This document shows positions 1 to 11,880 of a DNA stretch of 64,000 bases, piece by piece. The DNA is from Geosiphon pyriformis uo1. Lineage: Eukaryota; Fungi; Glomeromycota. The first letter of the stretch is position 1; every line of letters starts with the position of its first letter. The notes beneath the pieces were generated by a model, which was not told the origin of the DNA, did no database searches, and was given only the letters and a program-made list of their open reading frames with translations. The stretch lies in contig JAAOMT010000128.1 of NCBI GenBank assembly GCA_016748015.1, positions 379,538 to 443,537 on the forward strand, in the 5' to 3' direction. Position numbers and translations under genes: made by a program.

Positions 1-730
1 CTTCATATAATGTTCTGTTAAACTATTCTACCAGTTCATTTGTTTGTGAGTGATATGGTGACAATAAAAGTCATTTTATACCAAATCATTAACACAATTC
101 AGTTAATATAGTATTGACAAAATGCATTCCTTGGTCTGATAACAATTTTTTTGGGCATTCATGTCTGCATATTAGATTTTGGTGTATGAATTTGGCTACT
201 GTTTTGGCATTAGCTACTTAGATTGCTCTGGCTTCTGGCCATTTTGTAAGGTAGTCTATGGCTACTGTAATGTAATAATTTCCTTTGAATGTAATCGGGA
301 GAGAACCAACCAAATTTATTCCAATTCTATCAAATGGATTTCTAACTGAAATAGATTGAAGTGGTTCTATTATTCTGGCTTCTCCTTTTTACTGACATGA
401 GTCACAATTGAGAACATACTCAAAGATATCCTTATACATCATAGGCCAATAGTATAGATTTGTTGTTCTTTTCAGAGTTATGTTTTTGTTGAAGTGTTTT
501 GCAATTGGGTTGAAATGCATACTATATAATATAGTTTCTTTTTTACTGTCCTTAATCAATTGTTGTGGGGTGGTGTGGTTTTGTCATTCTTGACAATAGA
601 ATTAGTCATTTTGAATAAAGTAATTTCGTGTTTGTTTCCATATGGTATTTTGTTTCTGTTGAGATAAAATCTTCTTAAAATGTAGTGTTGATAGGTACTG
701 ATGTAATTACTAATAAGTAAGTGTATTCAT
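1..730 (-). pseudogene. Integrase of element E (separate ORF starting MNTLTY), cut by the window edge
   Basis: Reverse strand gives HHCC zinc finger, IGINLVG, DYLTKWPEA, SDQG and YH-QTNELVE motifs. ATG at 730-728, 10 nt after the RNase H stop at 743-741. Confidence 0.85.
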
Positions 731-845
731 GGATTCAAAATTAGATTTGTGGTATCCTCAACAAACTGTTAGCATTGGTGTTCTTGAATCTTTTTTTGTA
801 ATGAACTTTGAGTGGGAATTGTTGCAAATAAGTATTCCATCTCAC

Positions 846-1011
846 TATTACTTGAGTAGAAAAACCAATTCAAAGTTATGAAGAAATGTGACCAAAACGT
901 GACATAACATAGAATAGCATGCAATAACATTGGATAATGTGTTATAACGTAGGATAACATGTTATAACACAGGATAACACAGAATAGCATACAATAACAT
1001 TGAATAAACAC
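846..1011 (+). repeat. D 5' LTR, first part (U3 with ATAACA/ATAGCA repeats), interrupted by A
   Basis: Matches 37870-38045. Confidence 0.9.
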
Positions 1012-1979
1012 TATTACCAGATGAAATTAGAGATATTGTTTAGCATAAAATTATTTTTATAAATCTTATCATTAATTAGCATATATTATCATTTCAAATT
1101 ATCACTTATTATATTAGCAAAATGTCTAAAATTATCATTTAATTAATAACCCAATTTGTACATAACACAAATGTAACCTAAGTATGATGATCAATCATGC
1201 AATACCCCAAAATATGTAACATTCAAAAGTTTGCCGAAATTTATAGAAATTTGCCGAAATAATTGATAATTCACCAAAATATCTAATAGTTTACAGAAAT
1301 AACTTGTAGTTTGCCGAAATGTATCTTTAGTTCAGCAAAATTGTAGAAAAAAGCAAAGTTCAAGTTCATAGAATAGTGTTATGACAAGTTGTATAAAAGA
1401 AGAGCTTCTTTCTTCGAGAAAATATATCTTACTTTAGATTTATTACTTAGAACCATTCCTACACACACAAAAAGAAATAAATATCAAATAATTCGAAAAA
1501 CCAAATTCTTTAATTATTGCACTTGGAAAATCCCCAAAACCCAACTAATGTTTTGAAATTGATTAGCTACCAATTTCAGTAAACTGTTAGTGACTCCAGG
1601 CCTGAATAGAAAACGTTTTCTTTGATAAAATTCTATTTCTTTTACATTTTTTTTATTTTTTTATTATAATCATTAAGGTAACCTACAGACAAGATTCCTG
1701 TAGAAAAGTTGACTTTCACAGCAAAGTAACTACACATTTTTAGTGAGCTTCTAGATGAGCAATTTCTGGGAAAGAGTTGATGTTTACTACAACATAACTA
1801 CACAAAGCAACTGGCATGGAATTGGCCATTCCATTTATAAGCCCAGCAGTTCAAATTATAAGAAATAATTTGAAGATAAATTTAGTTACTGAAGGTTCAA
1901 CCACATTCAGAAAACGTGAATTCATAGCAAACAGGCATCAACAACATTTAGGAAAAGAGACCAAAAACCTCTGGTAATA
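1012..1979 (+). repeat. A 5' LTR
   Basis: Direct repeat of 17591-18568; TT(C/T)GCCGAAAT repeats at 1230-1320; TATA-like GTATAAAA at 1391. Confidence 0.92.
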
Positions 1980-1997
1980 TTTAGTGCTCTCCCATGG
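1980..1997 (+). promoter_or_regulatory. Primer binding site of A (degenerate)
   Basis: TTTAGTGCTCTCCCATGG directly after the LTR; the same motif occurs in G at 56858-56841. Confidence 0.7.
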
Positions 1998-2024
1998 AAA
2001 TAACACAGCAACAACAAATTCAAA

Positions 2025-3900
2025 ATGGCAACCACACCAAACACAACAACTTTAGAGTATTACCAGTCAATTTATACACACTGCAAGCAAAGATTCAACA
2101 TTCCAGACGGAATTGAAGTTGTCAAAAAATCAGTATACCAATACATTGAAAACTGCATCAACAATTATATTTTTGGAAACTACAACATTTCAGAAGTTAG
2201 AAGCAACCTCTACAATAATTTAGTGTACTATTCACAATTGGGAACAGGAGACCTGAACAATGAAACACTTGCTACCTACTTCCAAGAACTTAATTTTAAC
2301 ATTATTGAGTACTGTGAAGAAAAATACCCAGTACAGTCTAAATATTTTTTTAACTTTGAATCAGAGACAGAAACAAGCAACAAAGGCAAACAAATATTGA
2401 GGCAATACTCAAAAATCACCCTAAATACTCCAATACTACCAAAAACAACTGCCAAACACTTACAAACCCCTGAACAAGGAACCAGTTCAAAACTCCCACT
2501 TACTATTACACCTTTTCCAGCTTCACTTGCACAAGCAGAAACTCCTAATTCACTTTTAAATCAATTTTCAAGACTAAAAAATTATACATCACCCAGAAGT
2601 CCCACCAGACAACAAAAAACCCTTCAGACTAGTACCAATCTTCTTGACTATTTAGCAAAAAACACAAGTGAACACTCTGAAACATTAGCCAATGAAAAAA
2701 ACGTTTCTGAATCCATTGAAGAAGAAGTAGAATCTGAAGAAGAAAGTAAATTAACAGATAAAGAGAAAGAAAACAAAATGACAGCTTATATTGCAAAAAT
2801 TCCCGAATTTAATGGAAAAGATATTGAGACCAGTTTCCAAAAATGGTTCAATCAAGTTACTAAAGCTGGAGATACAAATAGATGGAATGCTGCCAGAATG
2901 TTAAGAACAATTCTCTACTTTCTCAAAGGAACAGCAAATGAATGGTTCGAAAACTTGACCACCCCTTTTAATGACTGAACAGCTTTCAAAACTGCCTTCT
3001 TAGAACAATTCACTAATAACAACACCTTAATCACACTTCAAAATCATTTTCACAATATTAAACAAGAACCCTCCGAATCTGTTATGACTTATATTGGGAA
3101 ATTTAACAAACTTCTCAGATAAATTTGCCAACTTGAAACTAATGATTATTATTCCGATGCTCAAATTCTGTATCAATTTATTGCTGGTTTAAAAGATAAA
3201 CTGATTAAAAAGGTTTGCCCACATGCCCCAAAAGATTTAAACTCTGCCATTCAGCATACAAAGAGATATGAAATAGCCATAGAAAAAGCCAATCGTACAA
3301 AGCTCGTGAACTTAGCCATTGGAGAGACTAGTTCAGCAGCTGAAGAGAAAATTGACCAACTTACAAAAAAAGTCGAAAACTATTTCACCAACCAACAACA
3401 ACAGCAACCCCAAAGATATCAACCACCCCAAAAATGGAATCAAAACAACTTCACATCATCCTCTAATAACCAGCCTCAGAGTTGCCATTACTGTGGAATT
3501 TCTGGCCACTGGAAAAGAGATTGCAGAAAGCTACAACGAGACCAACAAAATAGGAGTAATCAACGTTATCCTCTACCACAGCAATCTTATTATCAACTAC
3601 CACCATTAGCTTACTATCCACCAAAACCCCAATATCAAAGTAATTATTATCAGCCTGCCTCACAGCCAATTTAACAGCAATACCAACAACCACCCACACA
3701 ACATTATCAAGTGCCTGCTCAAAGATTAATTCCACAAAATCAATTTACACCACAAAACTGATACCAAGTAAACAACAATAGAATCAATTTGAACAACCAA
3801 TTAGTTCCCTGAAATCTAGCTCAGCCAAGACTCACCCATTATTATACTCAACCTAGCTATCTTACAATACCTGAAGAACAGGATTTTCACTATACTACAT
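2025..3900 (+). pseudogene. gag: A gag: N-terminal extension, capsid, CCHC knuckle, Q/P/Y-rich tail
   Basis: ORFs 2025-2978 and 3306-3674; IAKIPEFNG and CHYCGISGHWKRDC; internal stops. Confidence 0.85.
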
Positions 3901-4082
3901 TTTTAGAAGGTAGAGCTGCAGTATGACAACAAAACTCTTTTTATACTTCTACCACAATCCTACCAGTCAAAATTGCTGAAAATGCCAACCTTTCAGACAT
4001 ATTCTCTTTTGAGTTTGAAGCAAATGAGTCATCATTCCTGCTTAGCAATGCAGCCACCAATGAACAAAAAGCAATCACTACT

Positions 4083-4400
4083 ATGTACACTGAAACAGAA
4101 GTCGAAGAAAAGGCAATTCACTTGATCCTAAACAGTGGATTTGCCAGAAGCATCATCACTTACCAGTTAATGCAACAGTTAAAAAGAAATGTTAACCGAC
4201 CAGCTCAAACAGTAATTGTTACTGCTGATGACATGAAAAAGACTCTAGTAGAAGAAATTGACAATTTTTTATTCACTCTTGATGGAATCACCATTCCAGT
4301 CAAAGTTCTTGTAATGGATGCACCCCAGTATCAAGCTCTTGTTGGAAATGATTGGCTTCAAAAAGCCAATGCTAATCTGAATTGGGAAACACAAGAGTTA
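4083..4400 (+). pseudogene. A aspartic protease
   Basis: LILNSG (DSG in G) and ALVGNDWL. Confidence 0.85.
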
Positions 4401-4669
4401 ACAATCTCCTACCAAGGACAATACGCCTGGGTATCTGCCATTTGTGGTACATTCAACAAACACTCCGAAAAAGCCACAGCTTTTGAATTCAAACTGGAAG
4501 AAGAAAAGCCCATTACTGAAACATTTATGGCACTTGGATCAACCTTCAATTGGGCCAATGAAACTGAACAACAGTATTTTTCAACAAATGATTCTCTTGA
4601 AACAAAAGAACCAGTGACAACTGGATGGAATGTCTCCTATTCAAAACCAGAACCACAAAAACAATGCCC

Positions 4670-5300
4670 CTACATTCCACTCAAATGCAAGGACTGCCAC
4701 AAGAAACTCTCCTCAATGGAAGCCTGCATTTCACCTGAAGAAGAATATGAAAATTATACTTGTTATTACTGTAAGGCTTGTCACAAAGAATGATAGGACC
4801 ATCTAATAAAAAGAAGTGGAAAATGGGACAACACTCCTTGTTTGACTTGTGAAAATATGCTACCAAAAGAATGCAATTAGATTGATGTAGCAATGAGAGG
4901 AGGAGTCTGTGATCAGACCTGCCAATATGCTTTATTAATTTCAGAAAAAGTAAAAAGAGGAACACCCTTTAATGCGGCATACAACAGTGCTTTCAACAAA
5001 CTTTATCACTATTCCCATGATGCTGAGATGATTTTTGACCTAGCAATGGCATTAATTAATGGAGCTACCAAAGAAAATGTCTGTCAAATGAAAGAAGCAG
5101 AATACATTGAATACACCATGGAATTAGCTGGATTCAATTATGAAGATGAAGTAGAAGTCTACCACCAAATTGCAAGTTACACCTACTCAACCCAAGAAGC
5201 TCAAATTCAATGATTAGAGCAAATGAACATTAGGCTATGTGAAGAATGCATTATGTCTTGTGATGAACAGTGGTGTTCTGAATGCTATGCTCTTAGCATT
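4670..5300 (+). pseudogene. A Cys-rich (multi-CxxC) domain between protease and dUTPase
   Basis: CKDC, CYYCKAC, CLTC, CDQTC, CEECIMSCDEQWCSEC. Confidence 0.7.
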
Positions 5301-5409
5301 CCTCTGCCCAGTAAAAACGATAAAAATGAAATTGAATTTGGAGAACCTGAAGCAACAAAAGAAATTGAAGCAACACCCATCTATCTCATCGAAAACCAGC
5401 CTGCCTTAC

Positions 5410-5840
5410 AACTCAAATACTTCAACAACAATGGACAAGGAATAAAACCCGAAAAAGCACATGAAATTGATGCTGGATATAACTTAAAATATCCAGATAA
5501 GGATACTCTCATTCTCAAATCCAAATCTCTCACAAAAATCAACCTCAAAATTGCTCTCAAAATCCCACCAGGAGCAATGGTTCAAATTGCCTCCCGGTCC
5601 TCTCTAGCAAGCAAAGGAATCAATGTCAGAGGAGGAATAATCGATGCTGAATATACTGGTGACATAACAGTAATACTCCAAAACAAAACTGACAAGCCAT
5701 TTAAGATTGAACATAATGAGAAAATTGCCCAAGCCATTTATTTACCCTTAATCAACATTTCGGGTTTACAATTAGTCAATCAAAGAGAACTATTGAGAAA
5801 AAGTGAAAGAGGAACTCAAGGTTTTGGTTCAACTGGACAA
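5410..5840 (+). pseudogene. dut: A trimeric dUTPase domain
   Basis: All five motifs: DAGYNL, RSSLA, GGIIDAEYTGDI, KIAQAI, RGTQGFGSTG. Confidence 0.92.
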
Positions 5841-6359
5841 TTCACAGTTCCAGTAAACATAGCTTTCAATAAACAGAAAGAATCTCACCAGATTTTACAA
5901 CTTCCACAACCAATTACCATTTCACTCTTTAGAGAACACCTTGAAATTTATACTTGTGAAAAGCCAACAACCATACAACAAATTTTTGAGTCCAACGAAC
6001 AAATCTGCTTGGAATATAATATCTCAATCCCAAACATTTATATTCCAGAAGGAACAAAGAAAATCTGAGTTACTTTTTACAATCCCAACAATTTCCCCAT
6101 AGTTTTATTAAATAACTTAGAAATTGGAGTTATTCACAATAATATTTTTCAATAAGAATTACCCCAAACAGTCCCTGATTTCTCTGAAATTATTGGACAT
6201 TTACTACCAAAAATCAACCCAAATCTCAGCTCTGAAAACTACTATGTTGTTATAGAAAAACTATCTCGAATCAACATGGGACAACTTGAACCACAACAAC
6301 AGAACCAGCTTAAAGAGCTAATTGCAGAATTTGCCAATATCTTTACCGAAAACAACAAT

Positions 6360-7675
6360 GACTTAGGAAGAACTGATTTAGTTCAACACCAAATCTATAC
6401 AGGAGATACCAAACCAAGGCGACAACAAGCCTACTAAGTTGCTCTAGAAAGTCACCAATTTATCCATGAAAAATACAACAAATGCTCAACAATGGGCTTA
6501 TTCAACCATCAATGAGTCCATAGGCCTCACTTGTGGTCTTAATTAAAAAGAAAAATGGAAAGATATGATTTTGTGTTGATTATTGACAACTCAACAGTGT
6601 TACTATTGAAGATGCCTACCCCCTTTCCTGAATTGATAATATGTTAGACACTCTTGAAAAATCCAAATACTTTTTGACATTAGATTTAGAAAGTGGATAC
6701 TGACAAGTTGCCATGGATTCCAAAGATTGCTTCAAAACAGCATTCACTACTCAAGGAGGAAATTACGAGTTCAACATAATGCTTTTCGGATTATGCAATG
6801 TACCAGCAACATTTCAAAGACTCATGGATGTTGTTTACAAAGGCCTTCTTTGGAAATCAATAGTTGTCTATCTCGATAATACTGATGTTTATTCATCATC
6901 TTTTGAATTATATTTAAAACACCTGCAAGAAGTTTTTCAATAATTACAGAAAGCAGAATTGAAACTGAACATCGAAAAATGCTATTTCAGAAAAACAAGT
7001 TTGGTTTTTCTTGGCCACATTGTAAGCAAAGATGGAATTAAACCAGACCCCGGAAAAATCAGTACTGTCAAGAACTTCAAGACTCCATAAAATATCACAG
7101 AATTGAGAGGATTTGGATTAGCTTCCTATTACCGAAAATTCATCAAAGGATTTTCAGAAATTGCAAAATTCCTTAACTAGCTCACTACTAAAAACGTTGA
7201 ATACAAATGGACAGAAAAACACCAAAAAGCTTTTGAAATTTTCAAGGAAAAGCTGACAACAGCTCCAATTCTCGTCTACTCAGACTTCAGTAACCGATTT
7301 CAACTAGCTACAGACACTTCTTATACTGCCTTTGGTGCCATCTTATCACAATTAGATGACAACAGAAATGAGCGAGTAATCGCTTATGCTAGCAGAACAT
7401 TAAAACCAGCTGAGAAAAACTACCCTGCCACAGAACTAGAAACAGCAGCCATAATCTGGGCCCTACATCACTTCAACCTTTATTTCAGGCCTAAAGAATT
7501 TGATATTATCACTGATAATATTGAACTCAAATGACTTCAGAACAAAAACACCCAACTGAATGCAAAACAAACTCGATAGACAAGATTTTTAGCCAACTAC
7601 TGATACATTGTACACCACAAACCAGGAAAACTCCACACCAACATTGATTGTCTCTCAAGAATGAGACAAGATTAA
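6360..7675 (+). pseudogene. pol: A reverse transcriptase-RNase H
   Basis: KTAFTT, M-FGLCN-PATFQR, YLDN (YLDD), TD-S, IAYASR; ends LSRMRQD-TAA at 7673-7675. Confidence 0.9.
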
Positions 7676-7715
7676 CCAACACCTATTTGAATTAACAACA
7701 ACAAAACAACAAACA

Positions 7716-9101
7716 ATGAACCCCGAAAACTACAACAATCTTAAACAATATCTGGAGACATTAACAATCCCAACAGATTGGTCTCCAGATGAAAAACATC
7801 AGTTACAACAACAAGCCAAACAATACTTCTTACACAACAACATTATTTATTATCGAAACTTCAGAAACCCAGACAGTCCACTCTGATTAATACAAGAACA
7901 TAAAAAAGAAATTATTTTATATAACATGTACTCAGACCCTTCATTAGCACACCTAGAAAAAAACAGCACCACTCAGAGAACACTAGAATATTATTTTTGG
8001 CCTCAAATAAGAAAAGACATTCATGAATATGTTAAGTCTTATGATAATTGTCAAAGAAGAAAAGGAACTCACCCTACAAAACTTTTAAACCCAATCAAAG
8101 TTGGACAGCCTTTTGACCGAATTGGTATTGATTTAGTTGGACCACTCCTTATCACAAACCAAAGAAACCGTTATATTGCAGTAGCAGTAAACTATCTCAC
8201 CAAATGGCCTGAAGCCAGAGCTATTCAATGAGCAGATGCAAAATCAGTAGCAAATTTCATCTATGAAGACATCATTTGTAGACATGAATGCCTAATAGAA
8301 CTTTTATCTGATCAAAAAACACATTTTGTGAGCAATTTAATCCAGAAAATTTGTAGACGATTTAATGTCAAGAGACCATTATCTTTGTCCTACCATCCAC
8401 AAACAAATGGACTTGTAGAATGTTTCAACAGAACATTGTTTGAATCATTAGCCAAAGTCTTAACCAATTTTGAGCAAGAATAGAATTTCTTTATTTCATT
8501 AGTGTTACTAGCATATAGAACACTAAAACAAGATACCACAAAACACATACCATTTGATTTAACTTATGGAAGGACAGCAACATTACCAATTAGTTTTACA
8601 GTGGAAACATACCCAGCACAACCAATTAATAAAAACAATTTCCAGGAAACACTACAACAAAGAGCCTACACTCTGCTTAGCACATTGGAAGGAAAATGAT
8701 GAATAGCAGCCACCTATATTAAACACTCCCAAGCTCAACAAAAAGAACAGCATGACGACAAATTGCCTCCAGTTACCAATGGATTTAAAATCAGAAACAA
8801 AGTTCTCTTACACAGAACTAAAACTGAAAAACAATGGAGTGGAAAATTTGAAAATAAATGGGATAGACCATTCTTTATCTATAAAGTCCTAGACAACAGA
8901 TCATACAAGCTAAGACTTGATGACAAAATCCTAGCAAAAGTTGTACATGGAGATTGTTTGAAACACTATAATTTCAGAAACAATCCTGAACTATTAATTC
9001 CACAAATTGGCACACATTCCTCTTTAATTAATCCCAAAGATATTCCCTGGAATTTAGAACCAATAGTTGTCATTGAACAATCTTCCAACTTGAACACTTA
9101 A
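7716..9101 (+). pseudogene. A integrase (own ATG; GPF-type C-terminus, no chromodomain)
   Basis: MNPENY start; YYFWP, IGIDLVGPL, YHPQTNGLVE, KWD-PF, LEPIVVIE. Confidence 0.9.
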
Positions 9102-9170
9102 TTTAAATTTATTATTATAGTTATTTTCTTATAATTTAGAAACAATCTCACAAAAACAAAACAAAAATAA

Positions 9171-9834
9171 TGTTATGGGTTGAAGTAACAAGCTAACGGA
9201 TAGCAAGAGAGAACAGTATTGTATGGTAATGGAAATAAACAAAGAAGGAATTACAATAAGGGAGCGAATTGAATAAGTAAGAATTCAATGTGCATGATCA
9301 GTCTCATAAAAATCACAGTCGCTAATTTTTTCTTAAATCTGAAGGTAGAGAAATAGTCCGTGATTGTCAACAAGATAACACCGCTGCTATTATTCTATGC
9401 CTCAACTTGGTAATTCTTAGAATCAATAACAGATATTGTTGTACTTTTTAATCATTTCTTTATTCAATGAATTACAAGAGCAAGCCAATTGCTTCTCAGG
9501 CTAATTCTAACAAATACAAATCAAGAAGGAAAAAAGATAAGGTATGTGAATGCCAACAAGTAGATACTTGAAAGTAAGGAAAGGGGAATAAGTGATTATG
9601 AGAGAAAGTAATTGATATTATTTATTTCGTTACTTTTATCATCTTTCTACAGCTAAGAGAATCATTGCTTATATAGCTATCTAAAGTGGTCAACAACCAG
9701 GTTAATGATCAGGTCAATGATCAGGTCAATGGTCAGGTCAACGATCACTATCTAAAAATAAAGTGGTTAATTATATAATATTAGTGGCTAATACATGTGA
9801 TAATTAATAAAAACTATGTGTTTTAACCGTAACA
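9171..9834 (-). repeat. B 3' LTR
   Basis: TGTTA...TAACA; repeat of 16168-16845; TGATCAGGTCAA tandem units at 9695-9747. Confidence 0.93.
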
Positions 9835-10556
9835 TCATCCTCTTCAAAGAGATTGAGCTCTGGCAAAATCAAACTATTTATGGGATAGTCTATGTGAAAA
9901 GTTTTGTCTAACTCAAAATTAACTAGTTTGTTGAAGTCTTTTGTGGATAGAGTATATAGTACTTGAGGCGAAATAAGCTTTGTATCCAAGAGACCAAATC
10001 TTTATATTAGAGTTTTGGCTTTTCTAGCAATGGTTAAAACTCTTGGGACATCTAAACGTATAATGCCCAAAATTTCCACTTGTATCTCTGAAGTTGTTTT
10101 CTTTATGAGCTTCATGTCTTCTATGATTTCACTAAGACAACCATAGAGTTCTAGTTGTCTTCCATATAACAAGTTTTTGTCTATGGGCAAGATTTTTTGT
10201 ATTGTTTTTCCAATTGTGCTAGAAGGTGAAAATATCACTGCTGTTATGCTTTCCAGCAAGTATTTATCCATTTTGCCACCAATTCTTTCTCTTCTGGTAG
10301 TTGTTTTCTTTGGTCTAATAATAGTGTGAGTTTCACTGTTGTCTGTTATAGTGGTTTGTTTTCCAATAGTCAGAGTAGCATTTGGATAGTTCTTGATCCA
10401 GTACTCATGGAGAGTATAGAAAGCGTTTTGAATGTTTTGATCCAGGAAATAATTGTTCATGTTGATTGAAGATACCTCTGTTTTGGGAATGGTGCATTTA
10501 TTTATATCTAATTTTTGCTGATCATTTGGGTCAGTATTACCACAACAGGTAACCAA
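9804..10556 (-). pseudogene. B ORF3 (unknown accessory protein, frameshifted)
   Basis: ORFs 10002-10556 and 9804-9989 between IN and PPT; motif similarity to ORF3 of A, C and D. Confidence 0.6.
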
Positions 10557-11821
10557 TCAGGTCGTTTGTGATATTTCTTGAATTGTGTGCCATGAACAGG
10601 GCAATCACTGAATATTGTTCCATATTGATCTTGTAAGATATAAGAACTATTGTTCAAAACTTTGTTGACTATAAAGGGTCCTTTCCACCAGCTAGAGAAT
10701 TTATTACCATAAACATTGTCTCTGTCTGAACGGTATTCCAAAACTAAGTCACCAACACTTAAGGAAAGTGTTTTATAGGTCTTTTTCTTTTTGAGCTTCT
10801 CTTGGAACTGTTTTATCTTTTCAAAGACAATTATCCATGCTTCTACTAATGAGTCAAGAATGGTACCAAGTCTTCTTTGCAAAATGTCTTTGTAATCTCC
10901 TATTGTTATTTCTTCAAAAGGTATTGTTTCTATATCCGTTTCTATTGGTAGAGTTGCCATTTGTCCATAGAACAGATAAAAGAGTTTATAACTTGTTATG
11001 TCATGATTCACAATTCTGTAAGCAAACAAGACTGAAGGCAATACTTTGTTTCATAGGTTGGTTTCTTCACTGGTTTTGGCTAGAGTTTCACATAGTGTTC
11101 TATTGAAACATTCTACTAGGCCATTTGTTTGGGGGTGATAAGGGGAAGAGAGTTTATGACGTATTCCCATTTTTCTGCAAAATTCTTCAACCAGTGTACT
11201 GAGAAAAACTCTTCCTCTATCAGATAAAAGTTCTTTGGGGCAGCCATGACAACGGATAATATCTTCATAAATGAAATTGGCAATTGAGACTGCTGTTTGA
11301 TCTGGGGTGGCTTTTGCTTTTACCCACTTTGTAAGATAGTCGGTAGCTGTGATAATGTATCTGTTGCCATCAGGAGTTACTGTTAAAGGTCCAATAACAC
11401 CTATACCAATTCTATCAAATAGTTGACCAACAGAGATTGGATGGATATCTTCCTTGCAATTGGGTTTTCCTCTTCTTTGGCAGGTATCACAGGTTTTGAT
11501 GTATTCAGCAATGTCTTTTCCCAAGGTAGGCCAATAATAGCAAGCTAAAGTTTTCTGAATTGTTTTTGTTTTTCCAAAGTGTCCAGCTAATAGATCAGTG
11601 TGCATATTGTAGATCACAATTTCTCTTTCTTCAAATCTAATGACTCTCTGGGGGCAGTCAGGATCTTTTTTATTTCTTTTATATAACTGGTTCTGGTGAA
11701 TCAAATAGAAATTTGATTGTTTGCACAAATGTTCTCTTTGCTGTTAAGTATAGTCTGGTGGGTATTGTCCTTTACCCAAAAATTTTATTAAAGCAGAGTA
11801 GTTGTCCAAGTCCATTATCAT
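10508..11821 (-). pseudogene. B integrase (separate ORF)
   Basis: ATG at 11821 or 11815; GHFG, YYWP, CDTCQ, SDRG, YHPQTNGLVE, WKGPF; ends WLPVVVILTQMISKN. Confidence 0.9.
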
Positions 11822-11880
11822 GTTTGTTTGTAGGGGAGTTACAAATAATTAAGTTGGTTTGGTTTAAGAGGGTTTTACTA

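Noticed and set aside
9290-9350. Intron-containing tRNA-Met gene inside the B LTR
   Set aside because: Only the two anticodon-arm halves match. There is no D-arm, T-arm (GTTCG) or acceptor stem, and the spacer differs in H. Better read as tRNA-binding boxes.
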